Shown: positions 11,801 to 28,892 of the stretch, piece after piece
Layout: the number at the start of each line of letters is the position of its first letter
Position numbering within the stretch: position 1 is the stretch's first letter
NCBI RefSeq assembly: GCF_009914755.1
Contig: NC_060928.1
Source of the DNA: the human T2T-CHM13v2.0 reference genome, Homo sapiens
Direction: 5' to 3' (one strand)
Length of the DNA: 64,000 nt
Notes under the pieces: generated by a model
Told to the model about the DNA's origin: nothing
Databases searched by the model: none
Seen by the model: the letters and a program-made list of their open reading frames with translations, nothing else
Program-made: the position numbers and the translations under genes

Positions 11801-14800
11801 TGCTAATGGTCTATTAACTTTATTTATCTTTTGAAAGAACCAGCTTTTTGTTTCATTTACTTTTTTTTTCAATTTCATTTAGTTCTGCTCTTACATTGCT
11901 TATTTCCTTTCTTCTGCTGGGTTTGGATTTGGTTTGTTCTTGTTTCTCTAGTTCCTTGAGGACCTTAGATTGTCTGTTTGTGCTCTTTCAGACTTTTCGA
12001 TGTAGTCATTTAGGGCTATGAACTTTCCTCTTAGCACCGCCTTAGCTGTATCCCAGATGTTTTCATAGGTTGTGTCATTATTGTCATTCAGTTAGAAGAA
12101 TTTTTAATTTCCATCTTGATTTTATTTTTGATCCAATGCTCATTCAAGATCAGGTTATTTAATTTCCATGTATTTGCATGTTTTGAAGGTTCCTTTTGGA
12201 GTTGATTTCCAGTTTTATTACACTGTGGTCTGAGAGAGTGCTTGATTTAATTTCAATTTTCTTAAATTTATTGAGTCTCGTTTTATGGCCTATCATATGG
12301 TCTATCTCAGAGAAAGTTCCATGTGCTGTTGAATAGAATGTGTATTATGTGGCTGTTGGATGAAATGTTCTGTGTATATCTGTTAAGTCCATTTGCTCCA
12401 AGGTATAGTTTAAATCCATTGTTTTTTTTGTTGTTGTTGACTTTCTGTCTTGATGACCTGTCTAGTGCTGTCAGTGGAGTATTGAAGTCTTCTACTATTA
12501 TTGTGTTGCTGTCTATCTAATTTCTTATGTCTAGTGGTAATTGTTTTATAAATTTGGGAGCTCCAGTGTTAGGTGCATATGTGTTTATGATTGTGATATT
12601 TTCCTGTTGGACAAGGCCTTTTACCATTATATAATGTCCCTCTTTGTCTTTTTTAACCACTGTGGCTTTAAAGTTTGTTTTGTCTGATATAAGAATAGCT
12701 ACCCCTGCTTGCTTTTGGTGTCCATTTGCATGAAATGCCTTTTTCCACCCCTTTACTTTAAGTTTATGTGAGTCCTTCTGTGTTAGATGAGTCTCCTGAA
12801 GGCAGCAGATAGTCGGTTGATGAGTTCTTACCCATTCTTCAGTTCTGTATCTTTTAAGTGGAGCATTTTGGCCATTTGCATTCAACGTAAGTATTAAAAT
12901 GTGAAGTACCCTTGCATTCATCATGCTCTTTGTTGCCTGTGTACCCTTTTTTTTGTTTTTGTTTTAGCTTTTTAACTTGTATTTTTGTTTTATAGGTCCT
13001 GTGTGATTTATGCTTTAAAGAAGTTCTGTTTTGATGTGTTTCCAGGATTTATTTCATGATTTAGAGCTCACTTTAGCAGTTCTTGTAGTGGTGGCTTGGT
13101 AATGGCAAATTCTCTCAGCATTTGTTTGTCTGAAAATGACTCTATCTTTCCTTCGTATATGATGCTTAGTTTCACTGGATACAAAATTCTTGGCTGATTA
13201 TTGTTTTGTTTGAGGAGGCCAAAGATAGGGCCCCAATCTCTTCTAGCTTGCAGGGCTTCTGCTGAGAAATCTGCTGTTAATCTGATAGGTTTTCCTTTAT
13301 AGGTTACCTGGTGCTTCTGTGTCATAGCTCTTTAGATTCTTTCCTTTGTCTTAACTTTGGATAACCTGATGACAGTGTGCCTAGGCAAAGATCTTTTTTG
13401 TGATGAATTTCCCAAGTGGTCTTTGTGCTTCTTGTATTTGCATGTCTAGGTCTCTAGCAAGGCCAGGTAAGTTTTCCTCAATTATTCTCCCAAGTATGTT
13501 TTCCAGGGTTTTAGAATTGTCTTCTTCCTCAGGAACACCAATTATTCTTAGGTTTGGTCATTTAACATAATCCCAGACTTCTTGGAGGCTTTGTTCATAT
13601 TTTCTTATTCTTTTTTCTTTGTCTTTGTTGGATTGGGTTAATTCGAAGATGTTGTCTTCAAGCTCTGAAAGCTTCTTTCTTCTACTTGTTCATACCTATT
13701 ACTGAGACTTTCTATAGCATTTCACATTTCTAAAAGTGTGTCCTAAGTTTTCTGAATTTTTAATTTTTTTAAATTTAAGATATCTACTTTCTTGAATAAT
13801 TCTCCTTTCACTTCCTGTATCATATTTTGGATTTCCTTGCATTGGGCTTTGCCTTTTTCTGGTCCCTCCCTGATTAGCTTAATAACTAACCTCCTGAATT
13901 CTTTTTCTTCTTGGTTGGGATCCATTGCTGGTGAACTAGTGTGATCTTTTGGGGGTGTTGAAGAACCTTGTTTTGTCATATTACCAGGGTTGGTTTTCTG
14001 GTTCCTTCTTATTTGGGTAGCCTCTGTCAGAGGGACAGTCTAGGGCTGATGGCTGTTGTTCAGATTTTTTTGTCTCACGGGGTGTTTCCTTGATGTAGTA
14101 CTCTCCCCCTTTTCCTATGGATGTGGCTTCCTGTGAGCTGAACTGCAGTGATTGTGGTCTCTCTTCTGGGTCTAGCCACCCAGTGAGTCTGCCTGGCTCT
14201 GGGCTGATACTGGGGCTTGTCTGCACAGAGTCCTGTGATGTGAACCATCTATGAGTATCTCAGCTATGGATACCAGCGCCTGTTCTAGTGGAGGTGGCAG
14301 AGGGTGCAACGGACTCCATGAGGGTCCTTAGCTTTGGTGGTTTAATGCTCTATTTTTGTGCTGGTTGGCCTCCTGCCAGGAGGTGGCACTTTCCAGAAAG
14401 CATCAGCTGTAGTAGTGTGGAGAGGGACTGGTGGTGGGTGGGACCCTAGAATTCCCAAGATTAAATGTCCTTTATCTTCCACTACCAGGGTGGATAGGGA
14501 AGGACTGTCAGGTGGGGGTGGGGCTAGGCATGTCTGAGCTCAGACTCTCCTTGGGCAGGTCTTGCTACAGCTGCTGTGGGGAATGGCGGTGAGATTCCCA
14601 GGTCACTGGAGTTGTGTACCTAGGAGGATTATGGCTGCCTCTGCTGAGTCATGCAGGTTGTCCAGGAAGTGGGGGAAAGCCGGCAATCACAGGCCTCACC
14701 CAGCTCCCACAGAAACTGAAGAGCTGGCCTCACTCCCACTGCCCTCCTCCAACATCCCCAAGTCTGTTTTCAGGTGGAGGGTCAGATGGGCTTGAAAACT

Positions 14801-15403
14801 TGCCTGAGGCTTTCTGCCTCCCAACTGCAAGAGAAAAGGGCTTTAGTTCTTCCCCCGCCTGTGATGTCTGCACCCCATATTTGCACGATCCCCCGAGTTC
14901 TGGCCAGGAGGCTTCTTGACCCATTCAGATTGTTACAAAGTTCAGCTAGAAACCTTCTTCTCCCTGTGGAGTTTTAACCCTAGCTCCTCTGGCCACCCTC
15001 CCAAGAGATCCCTGTGGTGTCAGGCAGGAATGGGCTTCTTGGTGACCCAGTGAGCACTCAGGGCCTTTCTGCTGCTTTCTCTACTGCTGTATTTCACTTG
15101 GCTCAGCTCTCTAACTTGACTCAGCTTCAGGTAAAGTCAGAAACTTCTCCTGCAAATGGACCTTCATCTTCTCCAGTGGGGGTGTGTGTTTGAGAGAGGA
15201 GGGTCTCCCTTTCCCAATTCCACAGTTGGGGCACTCACAGTATTTGGGGTATCTCCTGGGTCCTGTAGGAGCAGTCTGCTTCCTTCAGAAGGTCTATGGG
15301 TCCTCTCAGGATTGCTGGTTTGTTCTTGCAGTTGATCTGGAGCTAAAATTTTCAATGCCAGCCTCTACATGTTGTTCTGTCTGGAGCCATAATCTAGTCC
15401 TGC
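8873..15403 (-). mobile_element. Near full-length LINE-1 L1PB1 (L1PBa-type 5'UTR), ORFs decayed
   Basis: Poly-T then gttattggggtacaggtggtatttggttacatgagtaagttc (L1PB1 3' end); minus-strand ORF fragments of ORF1 (13068-13979), endonuclease (12517-12924, TLNANG..CLQETH) and RT (10947-11327); 5'UTR ends atctagtcctgc. Confidence 0.92.
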
Positions 15404-15714
15404 GTGTATTTTATTTTATTGTTATTATTTTTTGGAGACAGAGTCTTTCTCTATCACCCAGGCTGGAGGGCAGTGGCCATCTTGGCTCAGTGCAACCTCT
15501 GCCTCCTGGGTTCAAGTGATTCTCCTGCCTCAGCCTATGGAATAGCTGGGATTACAGGCACATGCCACCATGCCCAGCTAATTTTTGTATTTTTAGTAGA
15601 GATGGGGTTTCACTATGTTGGCCATGTTGGTCTCAAGCTCCCGACCTCAAGTGATCTGCCCACCTCAGCCTGTGAAGGTGCTGGGATAACAGGCAAGAGC
15701 CACTGTGTCCAGCC
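15404..15714 (-). mobile_element. AluS (Sx/Sz-like)
   Basis: Full dimeric Alu in antisense, T-rich tail abutting the L1PB 5' end. Confidence 0.93.
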
Positions 15715-15715
15715 A

Positions 15716-15915
15716 GTTTTTTAACTGACAAATAAATATTGTATGTATTTATTGTTGTACAACCTATTGTTTTGAAACATGTACACATTGTGGAATGGCT
15801 AAAATGAGCTAATTAACATATGCCTCACCTCACATACTTATCATTTTTTTGTGTGTGGTGAAAACACGTAAAATCTACTCTGTTGGCAATTTTCAAGAAT
15901 ACAAGACATCATTAT
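15716..15915 (-). mobile_element. L1MA-type 3' end fragment
   Basis: tacacattgtggaatggctaaaatgagctaattaacatatgcctcacctcacatactt. Confidence 0.75.
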
Positions 15916-16019
15916 TCTCACAAACTCTATAATATTATGTAGTTTCTACAAAGCAAACATTATCTTTGGTAGTCATATTGGAAGCATAAAATTTAAAATA
16001 AACAAGGAGATGTTTCCAT

Positions 16020-16520
16020 TCTACCCTGGGCTGCTTAGTCCATTTCTGGAGTATTATATTCAGTTTTGAATACCAAAGATTAATAATAACATGGAAAATC
16101 TTGAGGATATTTACAGGAGAGTATCAAGGACAGTGAAGCAATTTGAAGCCATTGATACGGAGGATTTTTTCAGGAAATTGACAGTGTTTGCTAAGAAGAG
16201 AGACTTTGTGTATATTTGTGGGGTATTGGGAAAGATGTGTAATATACAAAAGCTGTAATGTGAAACAATGATTAATCTTATTCTGTACTATTTCAAGGGA
16301 TGTAAATGGAATCAATGGAAGTAGTTAAGGAGGTCAAGAGATTGACAAGCTTCATGTGCAATACATGGGGAACAGTTTTGCAGTAAGTATTGAATAGAGT
16401 TACAGCATTCCATTCTATGGAAAGGGAGACCATTGGAATAATTGTTTTTTCCAAAGGTGGAATTAGCTGCCTCAATTTAATAGTTATGGAGGTTCATAAG
16501 GGGAGGTTCATGTTCAGTTC
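16020..16520 (+). mobile_element. L3/CR1 LINE fragment
   Basis: ctggagtattatattcagtttt...caggagagtatcaaggacagtgaagcaatttgaagcc...aaggtggaattagctgcctca. Confidence 0.55.
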
Positions 16521-18109
16521 CCAAAGGATCATTGGGATAAATGACTTACTGTCCCTTTTGTCCCTGAAGACTACTGGTTGTGTTGAGGATGAGGGTCTGA
16601 GTAAGCAATATGCTCAGCTAGGGGTTCTAAGGACGAGGGGCAGGGAGGAGGAAATAGTCATGGCTCCCAACTCCAAGCATTCATAACTGTTGTATTGGCT
16701 TATCTTTACTAGAAACCAAAGGAGTTTGGGGTTTGGGGACTGTACTGTCCTTGAGTGTCTCTGTTTACCATCTGTAGTTTGGCTGAGTGAGCCATGATTA
16801 TGCACTGAATAGGTTTGGGAAGAAGGAAAACAGAGGCTGTGTGACCTGCACTAGACTGGTCCCAGGGCCAGTCTTGATTGATCTGTTTCATCATTTTTTA
16901 AAATGCAATATCCTGGAATCTCAGTGATTCAAAGGACTGTAGAGGTCAGCTTCCCAGGCAAGTTCTGATTCAGAATCTGCTCAGAAAGACGGTGGCTTCT
17001 TAGAGACTGGAGTTCCTGAAATAACTCAGGATGACTGAAGAGTCTTGGATGAAAAAAACTAGTATTAAGTTTTGGATAAAATGGAAACATGTATATGAGT
17101 ATTTTAAAGTCAGTTAGAAATTGCCCTACTACTCCTTTATGGAATATATAACACATGTATAGATACAGTCTGTATCTGCCTACTAATATAAAACATTTGC
17201 ATTTTAAATGCATTTGGTTATCTGTATGAATTTTCTTTAGTTTCTGACAGCCCCCCAGATAAAATTTTACCAGAAGCTAGGGAGGGGATGTAGGAGATTT
17301 TCTCCTCTTCGGGCCCTGGAAACCACACATTATTGCACAAAAGACAGAATTGAGTTCATTGTCTGCTGCTGAAGGAATCAGCTATTTCCCTGTAAGAGCT
17401 GTCACGGAGACATATTTCCCCCTCATTTATACTGGAAAGTAGGGCATTTGCTTGTAAGACAGGTTGAAAACAATTTATTTGGCATTTCGATAAAGGTGGA
17501 AAATGAACCAACATTTCTCCTTCTCTCCCTCCCTCCGTTTCCTTCCTTTTTTGACAGTTTGCATGTAGGTAAAGAATATTACAACTGTAGAAAGGCTAAT
17601 TAAAACCAATTATAGCTTCACTGACCTGTCACCACAATCAAAGTACCAAAAGAACAACATAGCATATTTGGAAAACAGTTTCTTCTAGAGCACATATGCC
17701 TGATTTGGTCACATTTTATTTTAGGGATCTCAGTACAATGATTACTTGGCCACAAACACCATTTTTCCATGATCTCTTATGTATTTATTTTTCTACAGTA
17801 GGTCCTACTTTTAGAAAATCTAAAAGAAAGTGAGGAAGGCATGAGGAACAAAAGGGAAAGTAAGATAAGGAAGTCAAGGTTGCTTTAGATTAATTGGGAT
17901 AGAAGAGATATTTTTTAGACTTTACCTTTAATTTAATTATTTTTATCCTGTGGTTTGTAGAGTCTTCAAACTCATTAGTGTGCCATAGGGAGCCCTCGTG
18001 GTCTGACTGGAACATTTTTCTCCAGCCTCATTTCTTTCTCCAGAACACAATTCATGCCAGACACACCAATATGATCTCAACACTATTTCATAAAAATTTC
18101 CAAATCAAC

Positions 18110-18437
18110 TAAAATAGCTGTATTTCATTCCTCTTGATTGTTACATAATATTCCATAATGAGAATGTACCATAATTTATTCAACCATTCCCTTGTCCATG
18201 GATGTTTACATTGCTTTCAGTTTTTACCACCACAAACAAAATTGCAGGAAGCAACCTTTTACACATATCATCACACATTTGTGGCTCTAAGACAATTCCA
18301 GGAGTGGGGTTTCTGGGCAAAAATATGTAGATTACTAATTTTAATACATATTGTTCAGCTTATTTTCAAAAGAACTGTGACATTTCATATTTACATCAGC
18401 AATTTAATAAAGTATAATTTCCCCATATTATCATAAA
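18110..18437 (-). mobile_element. Old L1M fragment (resumes after 24602), target of the MaLR provirus
   Basis: aatgtaccataatttattcaaccattccc...catggatgtttacattgctttcagtttt. Confidence 0.65.
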
Positions 18438-20035
18438 ATAGGTGTATTAGTCTGTTTTCACACTGCTATAAAGATCTACCTGAGAATGAGTAATTTATAA
18501 AGGAAAGAGGTTTAATTGACTCATAGTTCCACAGGGCTAAGGAGGCCTCAGGAAACTTACAATCGTAGTGGAAGACAAAGGAGAAGCACCTTCTTCACAA
18601 GGTGGCTGGAGACACAGAGAGTGAAGGGGGAAGTGCCACTTTTAAACCATCAGATCTCATATAAACCCACTCACCATCATGAGAACAACATGGGGGGAAC
18701 TGCCTCCATGATGCAATCACCTCCCACTAGATCCCTCCCTTGAGACATGGAGATTACAATTCAAGATGAGATTTGTGTGGGGACACAGAGCCAAACCATA
18801 TCATTCTGCCCCTGGCCCTCCCAAATCTCATGTCCTTTTCACATTTCAAAACCAATCATGACTTTCTAACAGTCCCCCCAGGTTTTAACTCATTCCAGCA
18901 TTAACTCAAAAGTCCAAATCCGAAGTCTCATCTAAGACAAGGCAAGTCCCTTCTGCTTTTGAGCCTGTAAAATAAAAAATAAATTAGTTACCTCCAAGAC
19001 ACAATGGGGGTACAGGCATTGGGTAAATATTCCTGTTCCAAGTGGGAGAAATTGTCCAAAACCAAGGGGCCACAGGCCCCATTCAAGGTTTCATTTAATG
19101 AGTGCAGGGCCCTCATTAAATCTTAAAACTCCAAAATGAACCTTCTTTGACTCCATGTCTGACATCCAGGGCCTGCTGATGCAAGGGGTGGGCTCCCATG
19201 ACCTTAGGCTGGTCCACTCCTGTGATTCTGCAGGGTACAGCCCCTGTGACTGCTTTTGTAGACTGTTGAGTGCCTGTGGCTTTTCCAGGTGCATGGTGCA
19301 AGCTGTCAGTGGCTCTACTATTCTAAGGTCTGGAGGGTGGTGGGCCTCTTCTCACAGCTCCATTAGACAGTGTCACAGTAGGGACTTTGTGTGGGTGCTC
19401 CAACTCCACATTTCCCCTCTGCATTGCCCTACTAGAGGTTCTCCATGAGGGTTTCACCCTTGCAGTAGACTTCTGCCTGGACATCCAGGTATACCATACA
19501 TTTTCTGAAATCCAGATAGAGGTTCCAAAAATCTCAACTCTTATCTCCTGTGCACCCATAGGCCCAACACCAGGTGGAAACTGCCAAAAGTTGGGGCTTA
19601 CACCCTCTTAAGCCATGGCCCGAGCTGTATGTTGGCCCGCTTTAGCCATGGCTGGAGCTGGAGTGGCTGAGTTGCAGAGCACCAGCTACTGAGGCTGCAC
19701 ACAGTAGCAGAGCCCTGGGCCTGGCCCATGAAGCCATTTTCCTCTCCTAGGCCTTTGGGCTTGTGATGGGAGGGGCTGCCTTGAAGATCTCTAAAATGCT
19801 CTGGAGACATTTTCCCCATTGTCTTGGTGATTAACATTTGGCTCCTCATTACTTATGCAAATTTCTGCAGCTGGCTTGAATTCCTCCCCCAAAAATGGGT
19901 TTTTCTTTTCTACCTCATGGTTTGGCTGCAAATTTTCCGAACTTTTATGCACTGCTTCCTTTTTAAACATAAGTTCCAATTTCCAATCATCTCTTTATGA
20001 ATGCATGTGACTGTATGCTTTCAGAAATATCCAGG

Positions 20036-20320
20036 CATGCATGTAATCTCAGCACTTTGAAAGGCAGAGGTGGGCAGATCACTTGAGGTCAGGAGTTTGA
20101 GACCAGCCTGGCCAACATGGTGAAACTGTGTCTCTACTAAAAATACAAAAATTAGCTGGGTGTGGTGGCAGATGTCTATAATCCCAGTTACTCAGGAGAA
20201 TGAGGCAGGAGAGTCACTTGAACTTACGAGGCGGAAGTTGCAGTGAGCTAAGATTGCACCAATGCACTCCAGCCTAGTCAACAGAGCGAGACTCCATCTT
20301 AAAAAAAGAAAAAGAAAAAA
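20036..20320 (+). mobile_element. AluS inserted in the MaLR internal region
   Basis: Alu body with A-tail; flanking aaatatccagg/aaaaatccagg TSD. Confidence 0.92.
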
Positions 20321-20888
20321 AATCCAGGTCACACTTTGAATATTTTATTGGTTAGAAATTTCTTCTTCCAGATACCCTAAATCATCTCTCTCAAGTTCAA
20401 AGTTCTACAGAGCTCTAGGACAGGGGCAAAATGCCACCAGTCTCTTTGCTAAAGCATAGCAAGAGTGACCTTTGCTCCAATTCCCAATAAGTTCTTCATC
20501 TCCATATGCAACCACTTCAGCCTAGACTTCTTTGCCAATATCACTATCAGCATTTTGGTCAAAACAATTAACAGGTCTCTAAGAAGTTCCAAACTCTCCC
20601 ACATCTTCTTCTGAGCCCTCCAAACTGTTCCAGCCTCTGCCCATTACTCAATTTCAAAGTTGCTTTCACATTTTCAAGTATCTTTATAGCAGTGCCTCAA
20701 ACTCCTGGTTCCAATTTTCTGTATTAGTCCATTTTCACACTGCTATAAAGAATTACCCAAAACTGGGTAGCTTACAAAGAAAAGAATTTTAGTTGACTCA
20801 CAGTTCCACATCACTTAGGGGGCCTCAGGAAACTTACAATCATGGTGCAAGGCAAAGGAAAAGCAAACACCTTCAGAAGGTGGCATGA

Positions 20889-24304
<3,416 letters not shown>

Positions 24305-24601
24305 CTAGCATTTTTTAAAAATTAAGTTTCTTTCTGACTAGTGTCTTCCCAAAAAAAGTAACTTGTGGATAAAAATAAAGTAACTGAGATAAAGTAAAAA
24401 AAAAAAAAAAAAAGCGAAGGGAGAAGTGCCAGTTTCAAACCATCATATCTCGTGAGAACTCACTCACTATTACAAGAACAACATGGGGAAAACCACCCCC
24501 GTGATCCAGTCACCTCCCACCAGTTCCCTCCATCAACATGTGGGGATTAAAATTTGAGATGAGATTTGGGTGGAGACACAGAGCCAAACCATATCAATAG
24601 A

Positions 24602-26400
24602 TATTATAGTTCTTTTCAATTTTTGTCCATTTGATGATTGTATAAGGTGAATTTAATCTCCATTTTCCTGGCTACTAGCAAATTTAAGTGTTTAAAAAAA
24701 TTTGGGGGAGACATATAAATTTACTTTTAAGTAAAATATCTGTTCAGGTCCTTCGCCTGTTTTTATACTAAATTTTCTGTGTCAGTTTATAAGAGCTCTT
24801 TGTATACAATAGATATTATATTTGAATTACAAAATTTTTCAAACAATCATTTGTCAACTGGCTGTGATTTTATCTTTTGTCACATTTGAATTTAAAACAT
24901 CTTTATATGACAAATGTTGTCTTTTTTTACTTCTTAAATATCTTCTGGCTTTCCAATCTTGGTTAAAGCTTCCCCTTGCTCCTAATTTGATTATGTAGTT
25001 TCCTGAATATATATTCTTGCAATATTTTTGTCTATCTTCTTAGCCAGCTTTGCTAGTTTAATTTATTAAACAGGATATATTATTTCCTGAATGAAACTAC
25101 TGTGTTTGTCATATATTAAATGTTCTTATATCCTGGGATTATTCTCTATTGCTATGCCAATGTCATCCTCATTTGATTAAAGTGGCTTTATGATATGTTC
25201 TGATATCTGGTTGGGTCAATCTTCTCTCAAGGTTGATTGCATTATATTTATCTATTAATTTTAAGATACTTGTGGTTTTATATTAACTATTTTCACACAG
25301 GAGAGATGGTGTGTCTTTAAATATATTCAGATCTTGTTTTAAGTACTTCAATAATATTTTATTATTTATATGGATCCTGTGTCTTTCTTGTTAAATATGT
25401 TCCTATGAATTTTACAGTAAATGGAATATATTTAGTTTTTATTGTCACTTATTGGTGCTTACTGCTTAAATAAAACTATTAAATATATTGTTTTAAAAAG
25501 ACTATTAAATATACATATATCCACTTATAACATTTAAAAAAATTAATTATAGCAGTTTTTTTTTTACAAAAACTATAGTCTCTTAATTTTGCCCTTACCC
25601 TTGACTGATAGTTTGACCTCTTATAGAATTCTAGACTGAAATTATTTTCCTTCATAACCTTGAAGGCATTAGTTCTTTTGTCTTCTATGTTGCTGATAAA
25701 CTTGATACTGGTTGGATTCTCATTTCTTCATAGGTATGTTTTATTTTTTCTTGGAGAAAACTTATAGGGTATTTCTTTTTATCTGCAGTGTTCTGAAATT
25801 TTACATTTCTGATTTGAAGTATTTCATTTTGCCATTTACTCTGCTGGAAACTCAGTGGAACATTTCAATTTAGAAATTTTGCTTTTTTCAGCTCTATATA
25901 TTTTCTTCTTTAAAGATGTATTTTGTCATTTCCTCACATTTTTTTTTTCATGAAAGTTCTTACTTTCTCAAATTCTTTTTAGTCTAACATTGAGTGTCCT
26001 GAATTCATTTCTTTTGTTTCTATTTTTTTTTATCTTCTACTTTCTAGAAACAGGAATCTGGGCTTAGCTTCCCTGATCCAAACCCTTCATGACCACCTGC
26101 ATCCCTCATGTAACATATGTAAGAATATGTTTGTTGTAACCCACTGAGACTTCGAGTTGTTTGTTACAGAGCAAAAAGTGACTAAGACGATGTGTCTATT
26201 TCTTTGTCTTTTTGCAATATATACCGATAGGTTGCCTTTTAAATTATTTGATATATATCTTTCTATTTTTCTAATTGCCCCTTTTTCATAATGATTTGTA
26301 TTTTTATTTCTTTGCATTTGTATTTCTTTAATTTCTCTGAGGACAGTATTTAAGTATATCATCTGTTTTTTTTTGAACTGTATCTCTTTGTGATCATCAA
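24602..26400 (-). mobile_element. Degraded L1M fragments with a small MLT1 piece (~26040-26190)
   Basis: T-rich antisense L1 texture (atatctgttcaggtccttcgcc, ttctagactgaaattattttcc); ttgtaacccactgagacttcgagttgtttgttacagagc is an MLT1 3' end. Confidence 0.5.
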
Positions 26401-26907
26401 TTTATAAGTACTCAAGTAGAGTTTAAATAAAAGGATTGAAAAAAATAGATCATGAACCACTGTAAGTGTAAGAAAGTGAGTATAGCAATATCAATAGAAG
26501 ACTAAGTAGATTTCAACACAGAGCATTGCCAGAGATAAAGGGGAGATTTCTTCATGATAAGAGACTGCTTGAAGCTATGATAGAGAAAGACAGATTTTTT
26601 TTTCACTGTTGTGGGAGTAGATGAATACTGTATTTTTTAAATCTGGACTTTCACTGAGGATAGAGCCCCATTACAGGTCCTGCTTCATGCAAAGACCTAG
26701 GGTTTATTTTCAAGGGGTCATGGTCTCTTCTCTGTGTGACCACCTGTTGTGGTTTTCCTAGGTTCTGTCATTATCACTCATCAGCAGAGAAGTCTTAGCA
26801 TCTGCATTTGCTTACCACTCACTTACAGCATAGGGCTATTTTTTGGTTCTGGTGGATTTATCTTGCTTTCTTTTATACTCAGAAATGCCTTCTAAGCCAT
26901 ATTTATC

Positions 26908-27024
26908 ATAATTCATATAGTATCTACATAATTTTATCTAGTATCTACATAATCTAGTATCTACATACATCTAGTATCTACATAATCTAGTATCTACATA
27001 ATTCATCTAGTATCTACATAATTT
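26908..27024. repeat. Minisatellite, 6 copies of (tct)agtatctacata with 16-21 bp period
   Basis: agtatctacata at 26919, 26940, 26956, 26973, 26989, 27009. Confidence 0.9.
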
Positions 27025-27323
27025 TCAGTGGCAGGGCTTTTTAGAATATCTAGTCCAGGCTACTGCTCAAAGAGGAAGCCGTATCTTGCCTTTCAAACTC
27101 TAGCTGCATCATTTACAAGTGATCTTGGGCAAATTAATCTCTATGATCTCCAGCTTCTTCACCTATAAAAGAAGACAGTAATATCTAATTCATACTTTTG
27201 TGTTATATGCTACTATAGTATAACTGGTAGCTACTTATTTTTTCTGTGGTTTACATTATTAGTAAAAGTTAGGGGTTAAATGTATGTATCTTGAATAAAG
27301 TAGAATCATGAAACATTCTGCTA

Positions 27324-27518
27324 CAGGGGTTGGCAAATGACTGCATGTAGGCTGGTCACCTGTGTTTAGAAATACTGGAACACAGTCATGCTTGTTTGTA
27401 TTTATATTGTCTATCACTGTGGCTTTACAATGGCAGAGTTGAACAGTTACAACAGAGACTGACACAAGTTTAAAATGCATAATATATGACCTTTGAGGAA
27501 AAAGATTGCCTATCCCTG
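27324..27518 (+). mobile_element. MER58A-like hAT-Charlie MITE
   Basis: Terminal inverted repeats caggggttggcaaa ... ttgcctatccctg; acaatggcagagttgaacagttacaacagagac. Confidence 0.8.
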
Positions 27519-27772
27519 TTGTTGTATATAGAAGCAATGAATTTTCAAGGCTGAGCTCAATGCTACACCACCTGAAGACTTGTAAATATTTACATTAGAA
27601 CTTCAATTATACTGTGTGGCATTTAGCTTTTTGAGTAATCCACTTAGTTACTTCCCTTCCATTCCTTCATCAGCCATCAAGCTTTCCACTGTCCTAAACT
27701 CAATTTGTCCCACCAACTCCTCAAATATAAAACTTCTCAAGCATCCTTTTTATCTATTCCTCAGATTAACCT

Positions 27773-28164
27773 CATCTTAGCTCATTTTCTGTTGCTATAA
27801 TAGAATACCACAGACTGGATAGTTTATGAAGAAAAGAGATTTGACTCATGGTTCTAGAGACTGCAAAGTCCAAGAGCATGGCACTGGCATCTGGTGAGGG
27901 TTATCTCATGGTGGAAGTGGGAAGTGGAAAGTGGAAGTGAGCATGGAGACAGAGAAATGGAGGCTACATTTATCTTTTTATCAGGAGCCCACTCCTACAA
28001 TAACTAACCCACTCCTACAATAACTAACAATAACGGTATTAATTCATTCACGAGGGTGGAGCCTTCATGACCTAACCACCTCCTAAAGGTCCTACCTCTT
28101 AATACTGTAACAATGGCAATTAAATTTCAACATAAGTTTGGGAGAAAATATTCAAACCATGACA
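27773..28164 (-). mobile_element. MLT1A/MSTD-type MaLR LTR
   Basis: gttgctataatagaataccacagactggatag...aaatttcaacataagtttgggagaaaatattcaaaccatgaca; TSD aacct/aaccc. Confidence 0.8.
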
Positions 28165-28299
28165 AACCCCTCTTACTATATCCCTTATTTTTGATGTTCT
28201 CATGATTTTCAAATATTTTATTTCTTTTTCTTTATTTTACATTTTGTTTCAAACAAAAACAAAAGCACCAAAGTAAAATAGCACATTTGTGTCCAATCA

Positions 28300-28892
28300 G
28301 TTTCCCAGTTGTGACAATTCTTTTCTCAGCCTGCTGTCATTCTCAAATCTGTTGACTTTCTTTTCATTTTAACTGCTACTGCTCTAGTTTACACCTTGTT
28401 TCCTCATGTCTGGATGTTTTCCCTGTTCTGGGCTTATCTTCCATTCCATCGTCTTATCCCACTGTAATCTTATACACCTTAAACTCTATCTTCTTGGGGC
28501 TATTCACTGTTCTTCAAGCACCTCCTTTCCTTCCACATCTTCTTGCCTTTGTTTCTGTGATTATATCAGGAGGTTTATCAGCCTCTTCATTTCTCCACCC
28601 ATCAGTATTTTCCTGCTCATCATTCAAGGCTTAACTCAAACTCTCTCTTTTTCTAGAATTCTTTCACTGTCTCCCCTGGAAGAATTTCCTTCCTTTCAAT
28701 AACTAGTCCTCCCCCAGTACATTAGAGTGCTGAGTCTATTCTTAGTGAATTGTATTAGTATTATTTGTTTAAATCTCTCTCTCTCTGCCACTAGATTATA
28801 ATTCACCTTAGGGTAAGTGTGCGGTCTCATTCATCTTTATGCTTATTGTGGTGCCTGGTACAGGAGCCTGTTCAATAAAGGTTTGCTAAATA
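28300..28892 (+). mobile_element. L2 LINE fragment
   Basis: ccactagattataattcacc...gtgcctggtacaggagcctgttcaataaaggtttgctaaat. Confidence 0.65.

Noticed and set aside
26908-27024. CRISPR-like repeat array
   Set aside because: Linkers are 4-9 bp and self-similar rather than unique spacers; primate context, no cas genes
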